Of a stretch of 64,000 bases of DNA, positions 28,260-37,122 are shown piece after piece (within the stretch, counting starts at the first letter, position 1; each line of letters opens with the position of its first letter). The position numbers were made by a program, and so were the translations under genes. Under the pieces are notes generated by a model, which saw only the letters and a list, made by a program, of their open reading frames with translations, was not told the origin of the DNA and did not search any database. The DNA is from Roseibacillus sp. (lineage in GTDB: Bacteria; Verrucomicrobiota; Verrucomicrobiia; Verrucomicrobiales; Akkermansiaceae). Where the stretch lies: NCBI GenBank assembly GCA_051251855.1, contig JBPOGI010000002.1, positions 256,001 to 320,000 on the forward strand, read 5' to 3'.

Positions 28260-30068
28260 TTATTCAGCCGCGTCCGAAGGCTTGTCGACGACGGTGGACT
28301 TGATGCGGAGTTCGCGGAGTTGCTTGAAGTCGACTTCGGAGGGGCTGGAGGTCATGAGGTCGCTGGCGCGGTTGTTCTTGGGGAAGGCGATGACTTCGCG
28401 GATGGAAGATTCGCCTGCCACGAGCATCGCGATGCGGTCGAGACCGAGAGCAACTCCACCGTGTGGAGGGGCGCCGAAGGTGAAGGCTTCGAGAATGTGA
28501 GCGAACATGGTCGCTTTTTCTTCTTCGGTAACTCCGAGGGCGTCGAACATGGCCGATTGGAGGTCTTGTTCGTGGATTCGAATCGAGCCGCCACCGAGTT
28601 CGTAGCCGTTGAGGACGACGTCGTAGGCTTGCGCGAGGAGGCCGTCACCAAGTTCGCCTTTTTTAAGTGCTTCCTCATGTTCGGGGATGGGGCGGGTGAA
28701 GGGGTGGTGGACGGCGTTCCACTTGCCTTCTTCTTCGTCGTAACCAAGGAGAGGGAATTCGGTGACCCAAAGGAAGTTGAGCTCGGTGTTGCCTTCCAAT
28801 AGATTGCGTTGGTCGGCGACTTCGAGACGCATGCGGCCGAGGACTTCGCAGGCAGGGGCCCACTTGTCGGCGGCAAAGAGGATGAGGTCGCCGGGCTCGA
28901 TGTTGAGCTTCTCGCGCAGGGCTTCGACTTCGGTATCGGTCATGCGTTTGACGAAGGGAGAGCGCCAGGTTTTGCGGTCGATGTCGCGGGCTTGAATGTA
29001 GGCCAGGCCTTTCGCTCCCGCTTCGATGGCGGTCTGGGTGAGGCGTTCGATTTGACCGGTGGAGGCATCGGCGCAGCCTTTAGCGTTGATGGCTTTGACT
29101 ACGCCACCGTTTTTGACCGCACCGGAGAAGACGCGGAATTCGCAGTCCTTGAGGTCTTCGGTGACGTCGACGATCTCCATGCCGAGACGGCGGTCGGGCT
29201 TGTCGGAGCCGTAGGTGTTCATGGCGTCCTTGTAGGTAAGGCGGTCGAAGTTGACGGGGATGTCGACTTCGAGGGACTCTTTGAAGATGCGGGCGAGGAG
29301 GCCTTCGATGAGGCTGACGATGTCTTCTTGAGTGACGAAGGAGGCTTCGATATCGATTTGGGTGAACTCAGGCTGTCGGTCAGCGCGGAGGTCTTCGTCG
29401 CGGAAGCAGCGGGCGATTTGGAAATACTTTTCGATGCCGCCGACCATGAGGAGCTGCTTGTATTGTTGTGGTGCCTGGGGAAGAGCGTAGAAGCTCTTGG
29501 GGTGCATACGGGAAGGGACGAGGAAGTCGCGTGCTCCCTCGGGAGTGGACTTGGAAAGGATGGGGGTTTCGATTTCGAGGAAAGCGAGTTCGTCGAGATA
29601 GTCGCGAGTAGACTTGGTGATGCGGTGGCGCAGGCGCATGTTGCGGGTCATGCGGTCGCGGCGCAGGTCGAGGTAGCGATACTTCATGCGCAGGTCCTCG
29701 TTGGAGAGCTCTTTGTCGAGCTGGAAGGGGAGGACGGCAGCTTTGTTGACGATTTTGAGTTCGAGGGCTGAGACTTCGATCTCACCGGTGGGTAAGTCGC
29801 TGTTAGCGGTGGACTTGCCATCGATCTCGGGGCGGGCTTCGACGGTGCCAACGACTTGGACCACGTCTTCGTCACGAAGGGTGTGGGAAAGGTCTGCCAT
29901 CTCCTTGGAGACTTCGGGGTGGAAAACGCATTGGGTGAGGCCTTCGCGGTCGCGGAGGTCGATGAAGATGACGCCACCGTGGTCACGAGCAGATTTGACC
30001 CAGCCGATGAGGGTGACTTTTTGACCGATGTCGGTGGAGCGGAGTTGGGAGCAGTGGTGTGTTCTCAT
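28260..30068 (-). CDS. aspS: Aspartate-tRNA ligase (probably non-discriminating Asp/Asn type)
   Basis: MRTHHC, RDHGGVIFIDLRD, STPEGARDF, FRDEDLRADRQPEF, GAPPHGG. Confidence 0.98.
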   Translation of the reverse strand: MRTHHCSQLRSTDIGQKVTLIGWVKSARDHGGVIFIDLRDREGLTQCVFHPEVSKEMADLSHTLRDEDVVQVVGTVEARPEIDGKSTANSDLPTGEIEVSALELKIVNKAAVLPFQLDKELSNEDLRMKYRYLDLRRDRMTRNMRLRHRITKSTRDYLDELAFLEIETPILSKSTPEGARDFLVPSRMHPKSFYALPQAPQQYKQLLMVGGIEKYFQIARCFRDEDLRADRQPEFTQIDIEASFVTQEDIVSLIEGLLARIFKESLEVDIPVNFDRLTYKDAMNTYGSDKPDRRLGMEIVDVTEDLKDCEFRVFSGAVKNGGVVKAINAKGCADASTGQIERLTQTAIEAGAKGLAYIQARDIDRKTWRSPFVKRMTDTEVEALREKLNIEPGDLILFAADKWAPACEVLGRMRLEVADQRNLLEGNTELNFLWVTEFPLLGYDEEEGKWNAVHHPFTRPIPEHEEALKKGELGDGLLAQAYDVVLNGYELGGGSIRIHEQDLQSAMFDALGVTEEEKATMFAHILEAFTFGAPPHGGVALGLDRIAMLVAGESSIREVIAFPKNNRASDLMTSSPSEVDFKQLRELRIKSTVVDKPSDAAE

Positions 30069-30151
30069 GGAAAAATTAATTAGATTTGAAAGAGGTTGGG
30101 CGAGTAGCGGGAAAGGATTTTTATCTGCGGTTTAAAAAATCGAATTACCCT

Positions 30152-31444
30152 CTAGGCCAAGAGTGGGCCTTCGGGGTTTTGGAGTTTGCTTTTGAGGAAG
30201 GTGACGGTGTCGGTGTTGGGAGCGATGGATTCTTGGGCGCGGGCGTTGAGGTTTCGGAGGGTAAGTTCGGGGAATTTGTCGCCGATGACGAGGGCGTAAG
30301 GAGCAAGGGTGGTGGCGGCGGCTTTGAGCTGTTTGTCGTATTTGGTTTTGGTGAGAGCGTAGTCGACGCGGATGTCGGCTTGGCGAAGCTCCTGGATGAG
30401 GGCGAGGGCGTCGGGACGTTTTTCTTCGTCGTCGATGACGAGGTAGATGTCGCAGCTGGCGTTCCGTTGGCGCCAAGACTCGAACTTGCGGATGGAGCCG
30501 GCGCATTCTTCGATGAAGAGGCCGATGACGACGTCACCCATGGCAAAGCCCATCGCGGGGAGGTCGGTTTTGCCGTTGGTGAGGGTAGATACGAGAGTGT
30601 CGTAACGTCCGCCGCCCGCGACGGCGCGCAGGGAACGCTTGGTGTCGAAGATTTCGAAGACCACGCCGGTGTAGTAGGCGAGGCCGCGCACGATGGAGAG
30701 GTCTACTTCGAGGTAGTCGCTCAGGCCGCGGGCTTTGAGATTGTCTTGGATTTCGCGGAGGGCGTCTGATTCGTTGACGGGGTCGGCGATGAAGTCTTGC
30801 AGCTGCTGGGTGGTGAGGTCGAGGGGCTCGAGCTTGGCGGTGGTGACTTCGGGTTTTTCGCGCTCGAGTTTGTCGACGATTTGGAGGAGTTCGGCGAGTT
30901 GCCCTTCGCTGAGGCCTTCGTTCTGAGCGAATTTGGACCAGGCGTTGCGGTCGGAGAGGCGGACCTTAAAGTCGTCGGTGGTGAAACCGAGTTCGCGCAT
31001 GGTGTCGATGGCGAGCGCAATGAGTTCGGCGTCGGCCGCGGGGGAGTTGTCGCCGAGGATGTCGGTGTTGAATTGATAGAACTCGCGAGTGCGGCCTTTT
31101 TGAGGGGCTTCGTAGCGAAAGCATTGCCCGATTTCGAACCACTTGAGGGGTTTGGGATACTCGCGCTGCTTGGAGGCGGCGAGGCGGGCGAGGGAGGCGG
31201 TGACTTCGGGACGGAGGGTCACGTCGCGGTCGCCTTGGTCTTGGAAGCGAAAAAGTTGGGAGGAGAGTTCGCCACCCGATTTCTTGAGGTAGAGTTCGGT
31301 GGGTTCGAGGAGTGGGGTTTCGTATTCGACAAAGCCGTAACGGGTGGCGACGCGGCGCCAGGTCTCGAAGAGATAGTTGCGCATTTGGCAGTCGCGCGGA
31401 TCAAAGTCGCGAAAGCCGGGAAGTGTCTGGAAGCCTGCTGCCAT
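30152..31444 (-). CDS. hisS: Histidine-tRNA ligase
   Basis: LRPEVT, FRYEAPQKGR, VRGLAYYTG, GGGRYD, GFAMG. Confidence 0.97.
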   Translation of the reverse strand: MAAGFQTLPGFRDFDPRDCQMRNYLFETWRRVATRYGFVEYETPLLEPTELYLKKSGGELSSQLFRFQDQGDRDVTLRPEVTASLARLAASKQREYPKPLKWFEIGQCFRYEAPQKGRTREFYQFNTDILGDNSPAADAELIALAIDTMRELGFTTDDFKVRLSDRNAWSKFAQNEGLSEGQLAELLQIVDKLEREKPEVTTAKLEPLDLTTQQLQDFIADPVNESDALREIQDNLKARGLSDYLEVDLSIVRGLAYYTGVVFEIFDTKRSLRAVAGGGRYDTLVSTLTNGKTDLPAMGFAMGDVVIGLFIEECAGSIRKFESWRQRNASCDIYLVIDDEEKRPDALALIQELRQADIRVDYALTKTKYDKQLKAAATTLAPYALVIGDKFPELTLRNLNARAQESIAPNTDTVTFLKSKLQNPEGPLLA

Positions 31445-31563
31445 AGAAAATCAAGTGAAAGGGGCAGGTTGGTAGGGGATTGGGGGCTTCTTGTCGAGTG
31501 TAGACCTCCTTCGCCAAGGCTTCGACGCCCAAGAGGCGCTGAGGGCTGAAGGCCCGCGCGCTC

Positions 31564-32349
31564 TCAGTCGTCATTTGGCTGGCGTACCCTGAAAAATTGT
31601 TCTGCTGATTCGGAAGTGTTGATTAAGAGGGGGCTTGTGGCACCAGAGACGTCATTCCATTCGGATAGGTCGTCGCTTGCTTGTAAGGTTCCCAGATCCC
31701 ATCTGAGAACATGCTTTCCGCCAAGGGTTAAGAATTCGAGGGCGGAATCCTTGCGAATGGTCTCAACCTTCAAAAGGGTGAAGTCGAGAGGTTGATTGAT
31801 AGGTTGAAGATAGAAGCCGATAAAGTAGACATTCGAAAAATCAAAATCAGGGTGTTCTGAAAAGTTAACTTCGAGCTGAATGACTTGTTCAGGGTAGGCC
31901 TCTGCTTGAGGAAGCAGGTCAATATTGATTGATTGAGAGCAGCCTTTTGGAGTGACTCTCTTCAGAGTGACTGTAAGCCGAGAATCTTCAGATGGTAATT
32001 GGAAGGACTCGAAAGTGAACCTCAACGCGTCCGCTCCATTTGTTAACAAGTTAGTTCCATTTTGGCTTTGGATGTTTTCCCATTGAATTTCGAGACTGCT
32101 TTGGCCATGGCCCAAGTATTCGACATTGAGTTGGCCATCTCCGATTGAGGCTTGAGAGCCGGTTCGAACACCAACCTGACGACGAAAGAATGGGCCCAAA
32201 GAAAAATTATAGGTAGATAAGTTATTAGAAGTAGGCCCTGCACTCAATGTGGGGTGTGAAAAATCGTCAATCAAAGCTGCGACAGAGGCCTGTGCGGGCT
32301 GGGCAATGAGTAATAGCATAAGCCCGAAGGAGGATTTTGTTTCCCGCAT
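31564..32349 (-). CDS. Hypothetical secreted protein with C-terminal W..LQ.S.DL..W..FFRV domain
   Basis: Signal peptide from ATG 32349; visibly more AT-rich than hisS; ends LRWDLGTLQASDDLSEW..QFFRVRQ. Confidence 0.72.
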   Translation of the reverse strand: MRETKSSFGLMLLLIAQPAQASVAALIDDFSHPTLSAGPTSNNLSTYNFSLGPFFRRQVGVRTGSQASIGDGQLNVEYLGHGQSSLEIQWENIQSQNGTNLLTNGADALRFTFESFQLPSEDSRLTVTLKRVTPKGCSQSINIDLLPQAEAYPEQVIQLEVNFSEHPDFDFSNVYFIGFYLQPINQPLDFTLLKVETIRKDSALEFLTLGGKHVLRWDLGTLQASDDLSEWNDVSGATSPLLINTSESAEQFFRVRQPNDD

Positions 32350-32471
32350 ATCCAATGTAATTACAAAGTGATTAATAATAAGCAAGGGGAAAGTGGGCTA
32401 TCTGTATGAAATAAGTATAAGTCCGCGGTCCGTTGGGTCGACAATCTGGGTGGGTTGATTATGTTCAAAAG

Positions 32472-33161
32472 GTGAAACAGCTGTTCGTTTTCCTTTTGTT
32501 GGGTGGTTTATTGGCTTCGGTGCTTTTTGGAGAGCCTTCGGCGGAGGAGGAGTTTACGAGGCAGGATAAGGCTTTGAATCAGGTCTATGGGGAGTTGAAG
32601 AAGGAGTTGGAGCCTCACTTGTTTGGGATTGTTCAGAAGGAGCAGCGGGATTGGGTGGAGTATCGTGATTATATCAGTGAGTGGCAGAAGGGGTATGAGG
32701 ACACTTCGGATGAGGAGGCTCAGCTGGAGATGGCGGCTGGGTTGACGGAGTCGCGGGTGGAGTGGTTGCAGGCCTGGAAGTCAGAGGGTAAGCATGAGGG
32801 TTTGGAAGGGGAGTATCGCGATAGCTATGGAGGTCTTTTGCAAATCGTGAAAGAGGGCGAGCAATACTACTTTGCGTTGGATGTGGTGCGGGGGCCGACT
32901 TTTCATCTAGGTATTGTTGGAGGAAAGCTGCGCGTGAATGGGAGCACGGCTTGGTTCGAAATGCGTGGCGGAGACGATGGCACTTCATTGACGTGGTTGA
33001 CTTTCGTTCCCACGGAGGATGGTTCGGGGCGGATTCGCGTTGTGAGTGAGAACGCGCAGCATCTTTGCGGGGCTCGGGCTTACTTTGATGGCCGCTATTT
33101 GCGGCTGGGCGCGGTGAGTCAGGAGGACCGCGCGAAAGTCATTTCGGGGGAGATGGAGTAG
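32472..33161 (+). CDS. LprI/DUF1311 lysozyme-inhibitor-like protein
   Basis: DKALNQVYGEL..EQRDWVEYRD..TESRVEWL pattern; GTG start at 32472 gives a signal peptide. Confidence 0.8.
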   Translation: MKQLFVFLLLGGLLASVLFGEPSAEEEFTRQDKALNQVYGELKKELEPHLFGIVQKEQRDWVEYRDYISEWQKGYEDTSDEEAQLEMAAGLTESRVEWLQAWKSEGKHEGLEGEYRDSYGGLLQIVKEGEQYYFALDVVRGPTFHLGIVGGKLRVNGSTAWFEMRGGDDGTSLTWLTFVPTEDGSGRIRVVSENAQHLCGARAYFDGRYLRLGAVSQEDRAKVISGEME

Positions 33162-33166
33162 CTGGA

Positions 33167-33227
33167 TTGGTGACAATTCAGGCGGGGGAGATGCGGAGGG
33201 GGTATACCCCGCCCGAGTTGTCACCAA
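33167..33227. repeat. 21-bp imperfect inverted repeat between convergent genes
   Basis: TTGGTGACAATTCAGGCGGGG (33167-87) versus CCCCGCCCGAGTTGTCACCAA (33207-27), 2 mismatches. Confidence 0.7.
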
Positions 33228-33249
33228 CTCGGCTACGGCTAAGCTGTGG

Positions 33250-34749
33250 CTACCGCTTCTTCTTAGCCTTGTATTTCTTCATCCACTCTTGGGTGGGGAG
33301 GAGTTCGCCGGCTTCGAGTCGTTTCCAAAGTTCGGGCTCGTGTTCTTTCACTCCGGCGCGGGCGACTTCGGCGGCGAGGCCGATTTCGGGTTGGCGATTG
33401 CCGAGGTCTGCGAGCCCGAGGTCGGGGAAGGTGCTGGTGTGCTGTTTCTCGAGGGCGCGCATTTTGTCGAGGATGTGAGCGTAATGAGGGTCTTCGGCGA
33501 GGTTGTGGAGTTCGTCAGGATCGGTCTCGAGGTCGTAGAGTTCTTCTTTGGTTTTTTGGTCGAGGAAGAAGGTCTTTTCGTAGTCGTTGAGTTTGCCTTC
33601 TTTTTTGAGGCGGCGCATCACGTGGAGGGCAGGGCGGTTGATTTCGAGGTAGGCTTGGTCGGTGGCCCAGGGGACTTCGGGCATGTGGTTCTCGATGTAT
33701 TTGAAGCGCTTGGTGGTGATGCTGCGTGAGCATTCGTCGATCTCGTCCCAGATGTCGCGGGCGGAGCGAATGTAGCTGCGGTAGGTGGGTGGTTCTTCGG
33801 TGCCGAGGAGGGGCTGGGCGGTAATGTAGTCGGGGATTTCGGCACCGGCGAGTTGGAGGACGGTGGCGGAGATGTCGGTGGTGAGCACGAGGTCGTCGAC
33901 GATGGTGCCGGGTTCGACGAGGCCGGGAGCCCAGATGATCATGGGGATGTGGATGCCGGGTTGTTGGAGGTAGCCTTTGCCACGTAGGTTGCAGCGGCCG
34001 TTGTCGGCGATGAAGATGACGACGGTGTTTTTGTCGAGTTCTTGCTCCTTGAGGTTGTCGAGGAGGAGACCGACTTCGTTGTCCATGAATTCGACCTGGT
34101 CGAGGTAGGCGGCCCAGTCGTAACGAATCTCGGGGGTGTCGGCGAAGTAAGGTGGGAGTTGGATTTCGTCGAGAGAGACGGGGTCCTTGGAGTTTTTGCG
34201 GACCTCGTTCCACCAGTCGCCTCGGTGGGTGACCTTGAGTTGGACTTGGCTGAAGAAGGGTTGTTGGTCCGCGCTGAAGTTGGCGGTGCTGTCGAAGAGT
34301 CCGAAGTTCTTTTCGCCATCCCAAGGTCCGGTGGGGGTGTGTTGGAAGTTGCAGTCAGTTTTGGTGCCACGCTGCATCACGAGGTCGTGGCCTAACAAGG
34401 TGGTGTATCCTTCTTTTCTAAGCCAGTAGGTGATGGGCTTGAAGGGGGCTGGGAGAGGGGTTTTACGATTGCTGCGATGGTGGTGGGAGTTGGTGATGGT
34501 TTGGTCGACGCCGACCATCATGGCCGAACGGTTGGGGGAGCAGATGGGGTTGTTGCAATAGGCGCGCTTGTAGATGGCACCTTCCAAGGCCATGCGGTCG
34601 AGGTTGGGAGTTTGGACTCCAGCCGCACCGTAGCAGGCGAGGTCGACGCCCATGTCCTCGGCCATGAGCCAGATGATGTTGGGCTTTTCTTTTTGGGCTA
34701 AGACGGTGCCGACAAGAGCGAGGGAGGCGGTGAGAAGGAGGAGCTTCAT
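33250..34749 (-). CDS. Sulfatase (family S1)
   Basis: PNIIWLMAED, CSPNRSAMMVG, ADNG, EELYDLETDPDELHNL; ATG 34749 overlaps the upstream stop. Confidence 0.92.
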   Translation of the reverse strand: MKLLLLTASLALVGTVLAQKEKPNIIWLMAEDMGVDLACYGAAGVQTPNLDRMALEGAIYKRAYCNNPICSPNRSAMMVGVDQTITNSHHHRSNRKTPLPAPFKPITYWLRKEGYTTLLGHDLVMQRGTKTDCNFQHTPTGPWDGEKNFGLFDSTANFSADQQPFFSQVQLKVTHRGDWWNEVRKNSKDPVSLDEIQLPPYFADTPEIRYDWAAYLDQVEFMDNEVGLLLDNLKEQELDKNTVVIFIADNGRCNLRGKGYLQQPGIHIPMIIWAPGLVEPGTIVDDLVLTTDISATVLQLAGAEIPDYITAQPLLGTEEPPTYRSYIRSARDIWDEIDECSRSITTKRFKYIENHMPEVPWATDQAYLEINRPALHVMRRLKKEGKLNDYEKTFFLDQKTKEELYDLETDPDELHNLAEDPHYAHILDKMRALEKQHTSTFPDLGLADLGNRQPEIGLAAEVARAGVKEHEPELWKRLEAGELLPTQEWMKKYKAKKKR

Positions 34750-35609
34750 GGATTTGATTGAGTGAGTTTTTTGAGCCAAGCGCGTGCTTGGGTGCGGTAG
34801 GGGCTGGGCTTGTGCATCCAGAGGTCGGTGTGCGGGTGGATGACTGCTTTTTCGGGAATGGTGAAAAGTTGGGTGGTGGGGACGTCAAGAAAAGTGAAGT
34901 CGGCGAGGTCGAGGTGTTGGCCTAGGAATTCGTCCTTGGTTCGGGTGGCTTTGGTCCCGCAAACGAGGACGGGTCTGCCTTGCAGACGTGCGAGGCGGGT
35001 GAGGGCGGATTTGCGATCGCTCTTGGGGTAGTGCCACTCCTTGGCGCCATCGAAGTGGTCGTGAGTCATGATGCCGCGCCAGAGGGAAGCGATGTCGTCG
35101 TCTGCTAGGCCGAGGTAGCTTGTTGCGATGGCGCCACGGGAAAAGCCGCAGAGGATGATGTTCTTGGGGTCGCCGCCGAACTCTTTGCAAATACGGGGGA
35201 GGTTGAGTTTGGCGTAGTCGATGGTTGCTTGCCGGTCTCCCCACCAGGTGACTTCGTTCTGTTTTTTGTTTTCGGAGATGTAAGGAAAGACGACCCAAAT
35301 GAAGTCGCGACTACCGGAGAGGCCGTAGCCGAGGTTGGCTCCATTGACTTGTCCACTTGATTGGCTGGGGGCCCACTTGTTGCCGGTGTATTCGACAATG
35401 ACGGGGAAGTTGCCGTCGGGAGTCCAGTTGTTGGGCAGGTAGAGGGAGTGGTGGACTTGGGTTCCTTGGTATTCAGGGGCGATCTGGCGCACGCGTTTGC
35501 CCGCAGAGGGGGGAGCGTCCTCCATCATGGGTGGGGTGGTGAGGTCCCAAGGAGCGCTTTCGCTGGCTGCAACGAACCCAGCGAACCAGAGAAAGAAGAA
35601 AAACTTCAC
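34746..35609 (-). CDS. Secreted alpha/beta-hydrolase (esterase-like)
   Basis: YLPNNW..PVIVEY, nucleophile GFSRGA, C-terminal HTDLW. Confidence 0.75.
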   Translation of the reverse strand: MKFFFFLWFAGFVAASESAPWDLTTPPMMEDAPPSAGKRVRQIAPEYQGTQVHHSLYLPNNWTPDGNFPVIVEYTGNKWAPSQSSGQVNGANLGYGLSGSRDFIWVVFPYISENKKQNEVTWWGDRQATIDYAKLNLPRICKEFGGDPKNIILCGFSRGAIATSYLGLADDDIASLWRGIMTHDHFDGAKEWHYPKSDRKSALTRLARLQGRPVLVCGTKATRTKDEFLGQHLDLADFTFLDVPTTQLFTIPEKAVIHPHTDLWMHKPSPYRTQARAWLKKLTQSNP

Positions 35610-35612
35610 AAG

Positions 35613-36326
35613 CTACGAAGCAGAGAAAATTTTTAGATCGTCCACGACGGCTTGCTTGGGGACGGAAAGGCGAAGGAGACCTTTGGTGGGATGGGCGATT
35701 CCTTCGGAGGAAAAGCTGCCTACTGTTTTGTTGTTGAGGGTGACGGTGGCGGTGTCGCCTTCGACCGAAATGGCGATGGTCTGCCACTCGCCGTTTGCGA
35801 TTTTAACTGGGAAGGACTTGGTTTTGGTTTTGAGCATCTTCTCGACGTCGGCGGGGAGTGTTCCTGCTTTGCGCATGTCGCGAATTTTGCGGTCCATGAT
35901 TCCGGTCTTGAGGTCGGTAATGGCGATTTTATTCTTATTGATGACCACTTTGAAAAGGTGGCCGGCGTGGACTTCCTTGAAATCCATATCGGCGAAGTTG
36001 AAGCCAAGCTCGTCGTCGGGGTTCTCGAGATTGAAGCGTGCTTCGACCGCTCCGTCTTTGAAGCCAGCCTCGTGTTTGACGGAGACGGCATGGTCGGCGA
36101 CCTCATGGATATAGATGCGCATGGTGCCGTCCTTGAGATCGACTTGCTTGTTGCCTTGGGCGCGGGTCTCGCTGGCGGTGAACCAGCCCTTGCCGATGTC
36201 TTCCTTTTCTTCGGAGGCTTCGTTGCGCTCGAAGTCATCTTCGAAGAGGAGTTTGCGGGTCTCCTCGGCGTGCAGGGCGAGGAGAGAAAGCAGGAGGCTG
36301 GCGGAGAGAAGTGATTTGAAGTTCAT
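35613..36326 (-). CDS. Secreted concanavalin-A-like/DUF1080-type domain protein
   Basis: Signal peptide, LLFEDDFER, W..I.I.VEGD, SEGIAHPTK, VDDLKI beta-sandwich pattern. Confidence 0.65.
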   Translation of the reverse strand: MNFKSLLSASLLLSLLALHAEETRKLLFEDDFERNEASEEKEDIGKGWFTASETRAQGNKQVDLKDGTMRIYIHEVADHAVSVKHEAGFKDGAVEARFNLENPDDELGFNFADMDFKEVHAGHLFKVVINKNKIAITDLKTGIMDRKIRDMRKAGTLPADVEKMLKTKTKSFPVKIANGEWQTIAISVEGDTATVTLNNKTVGSFSSEGIAHPTKGLLRLSVPKQAVVDDLKIFSAS

Positions 36327-36438
36327 GTAATAGAGAGTGAGGGAGTGAGGGAATGAAGAGACTTTGGAGCATCTTTTACTCTGCTCTGATCAAGAAGATT
36401 GTGAGTGAGAGTTTGCAAAGAACAAGAGGTAAGAAGAC

Positions 36439-37122
36439 TCACTTCTCGGCGACCTGAGTGCGATATCCGATGCCACGTACAGTTTGGATGAGGGTGGGGT
36501 TTGTGGAGTCGATTTCGACCTTCTTGCGCAGGGTTGCGATGTGTTGGTCGAGGGTGCGTGAGTCGGGGAAGTAGTCTTGGCCCCAGCAGGTGTCGAGAAA
36601 GACGTCTCGGCTGACGGGTTTGCCCTCGTTTCTGGCAAGAAGTTGGAGCATTTTGACTTCGCGGGGGGTCAGTTCAATGGTGTCTTGCTGTCGCTTGGCA
36701 AGGAGTTTGTCGGGAAAGACGGTGAGGTCGTGAATGCGGAAATTCTTTACGCAAGAGGAAGGTTGAGATCGGCGGAGATTGGCTCGAATACGTGCCATCA
36801 CTTCACGACGGGTGAAGGGTTTACGGATGAAGTCGTCGGCTCCGATGTCGAGCCCAGCAACGATGTCGATTTCCTGATTTTTGGCAGAGAGAAAGAGGAT
36901 GGGGATTTCGCGGTCGCTGCTGCGGATTCTACGGCAAACGTCGTAGCCAGAAAGTTCGGGCATCATGATGTCGAGACAGATGAGGTCCGGCTGGTGTTCT
37001 CGCCAGAGTTCAATCGCTTGGCGTCCGTCGGCGGCTTGCAGGGTGGAAAAGCCTTCCTCTTCCAGACAGGCAGCGAGTGACTCCAAGGTGATGGGGTCGT
37101 CTTCGGCGAGGAGGATGGTCAT
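36439..37122 (-). CDS. OmpR-family response regulator
   Basis: LLAEDD, LDIMMP, GADDFIRKPF, LTPRE, RTLDQHI, TVRGIGY. Confidence 0.95.
   Translation of the reverse strand: MTILLAEDDPITLESLAACLEEEGFSTLQAADGRQAIELWREHQPDLICLDIMMPELSGYDVCRRIRSSDREIPILFLSAKNQEIDIVAGLDIGADDFIRKPFTRREVMARIRANLRRSQPSSCVKNFRIHDLTVFPDKLLAKRQQDTIELTPREVKMLQLLARNEGKPVSRDVFLDTCWGQDYFPDSRTLDQHIATLRKKVEIDSTNPTLIQTVRGIGYRTQVAEK

Noticed and set aside
28242..31549. Several long + strand ORFs (28242-28802, 28809-29771, 30086-30769, 30797-31549)
   Set aside because: Antisense to aspS/hisS; expected from GC-rich codon bias.
31504..31562. GC-rich CCTTCGCCAAGGCTTCG motif upstream of hisS, reminiscent of REP sequences
   Set aside because: Single, apparently partial copy in the window; cannot be supported without a genome-wide search.
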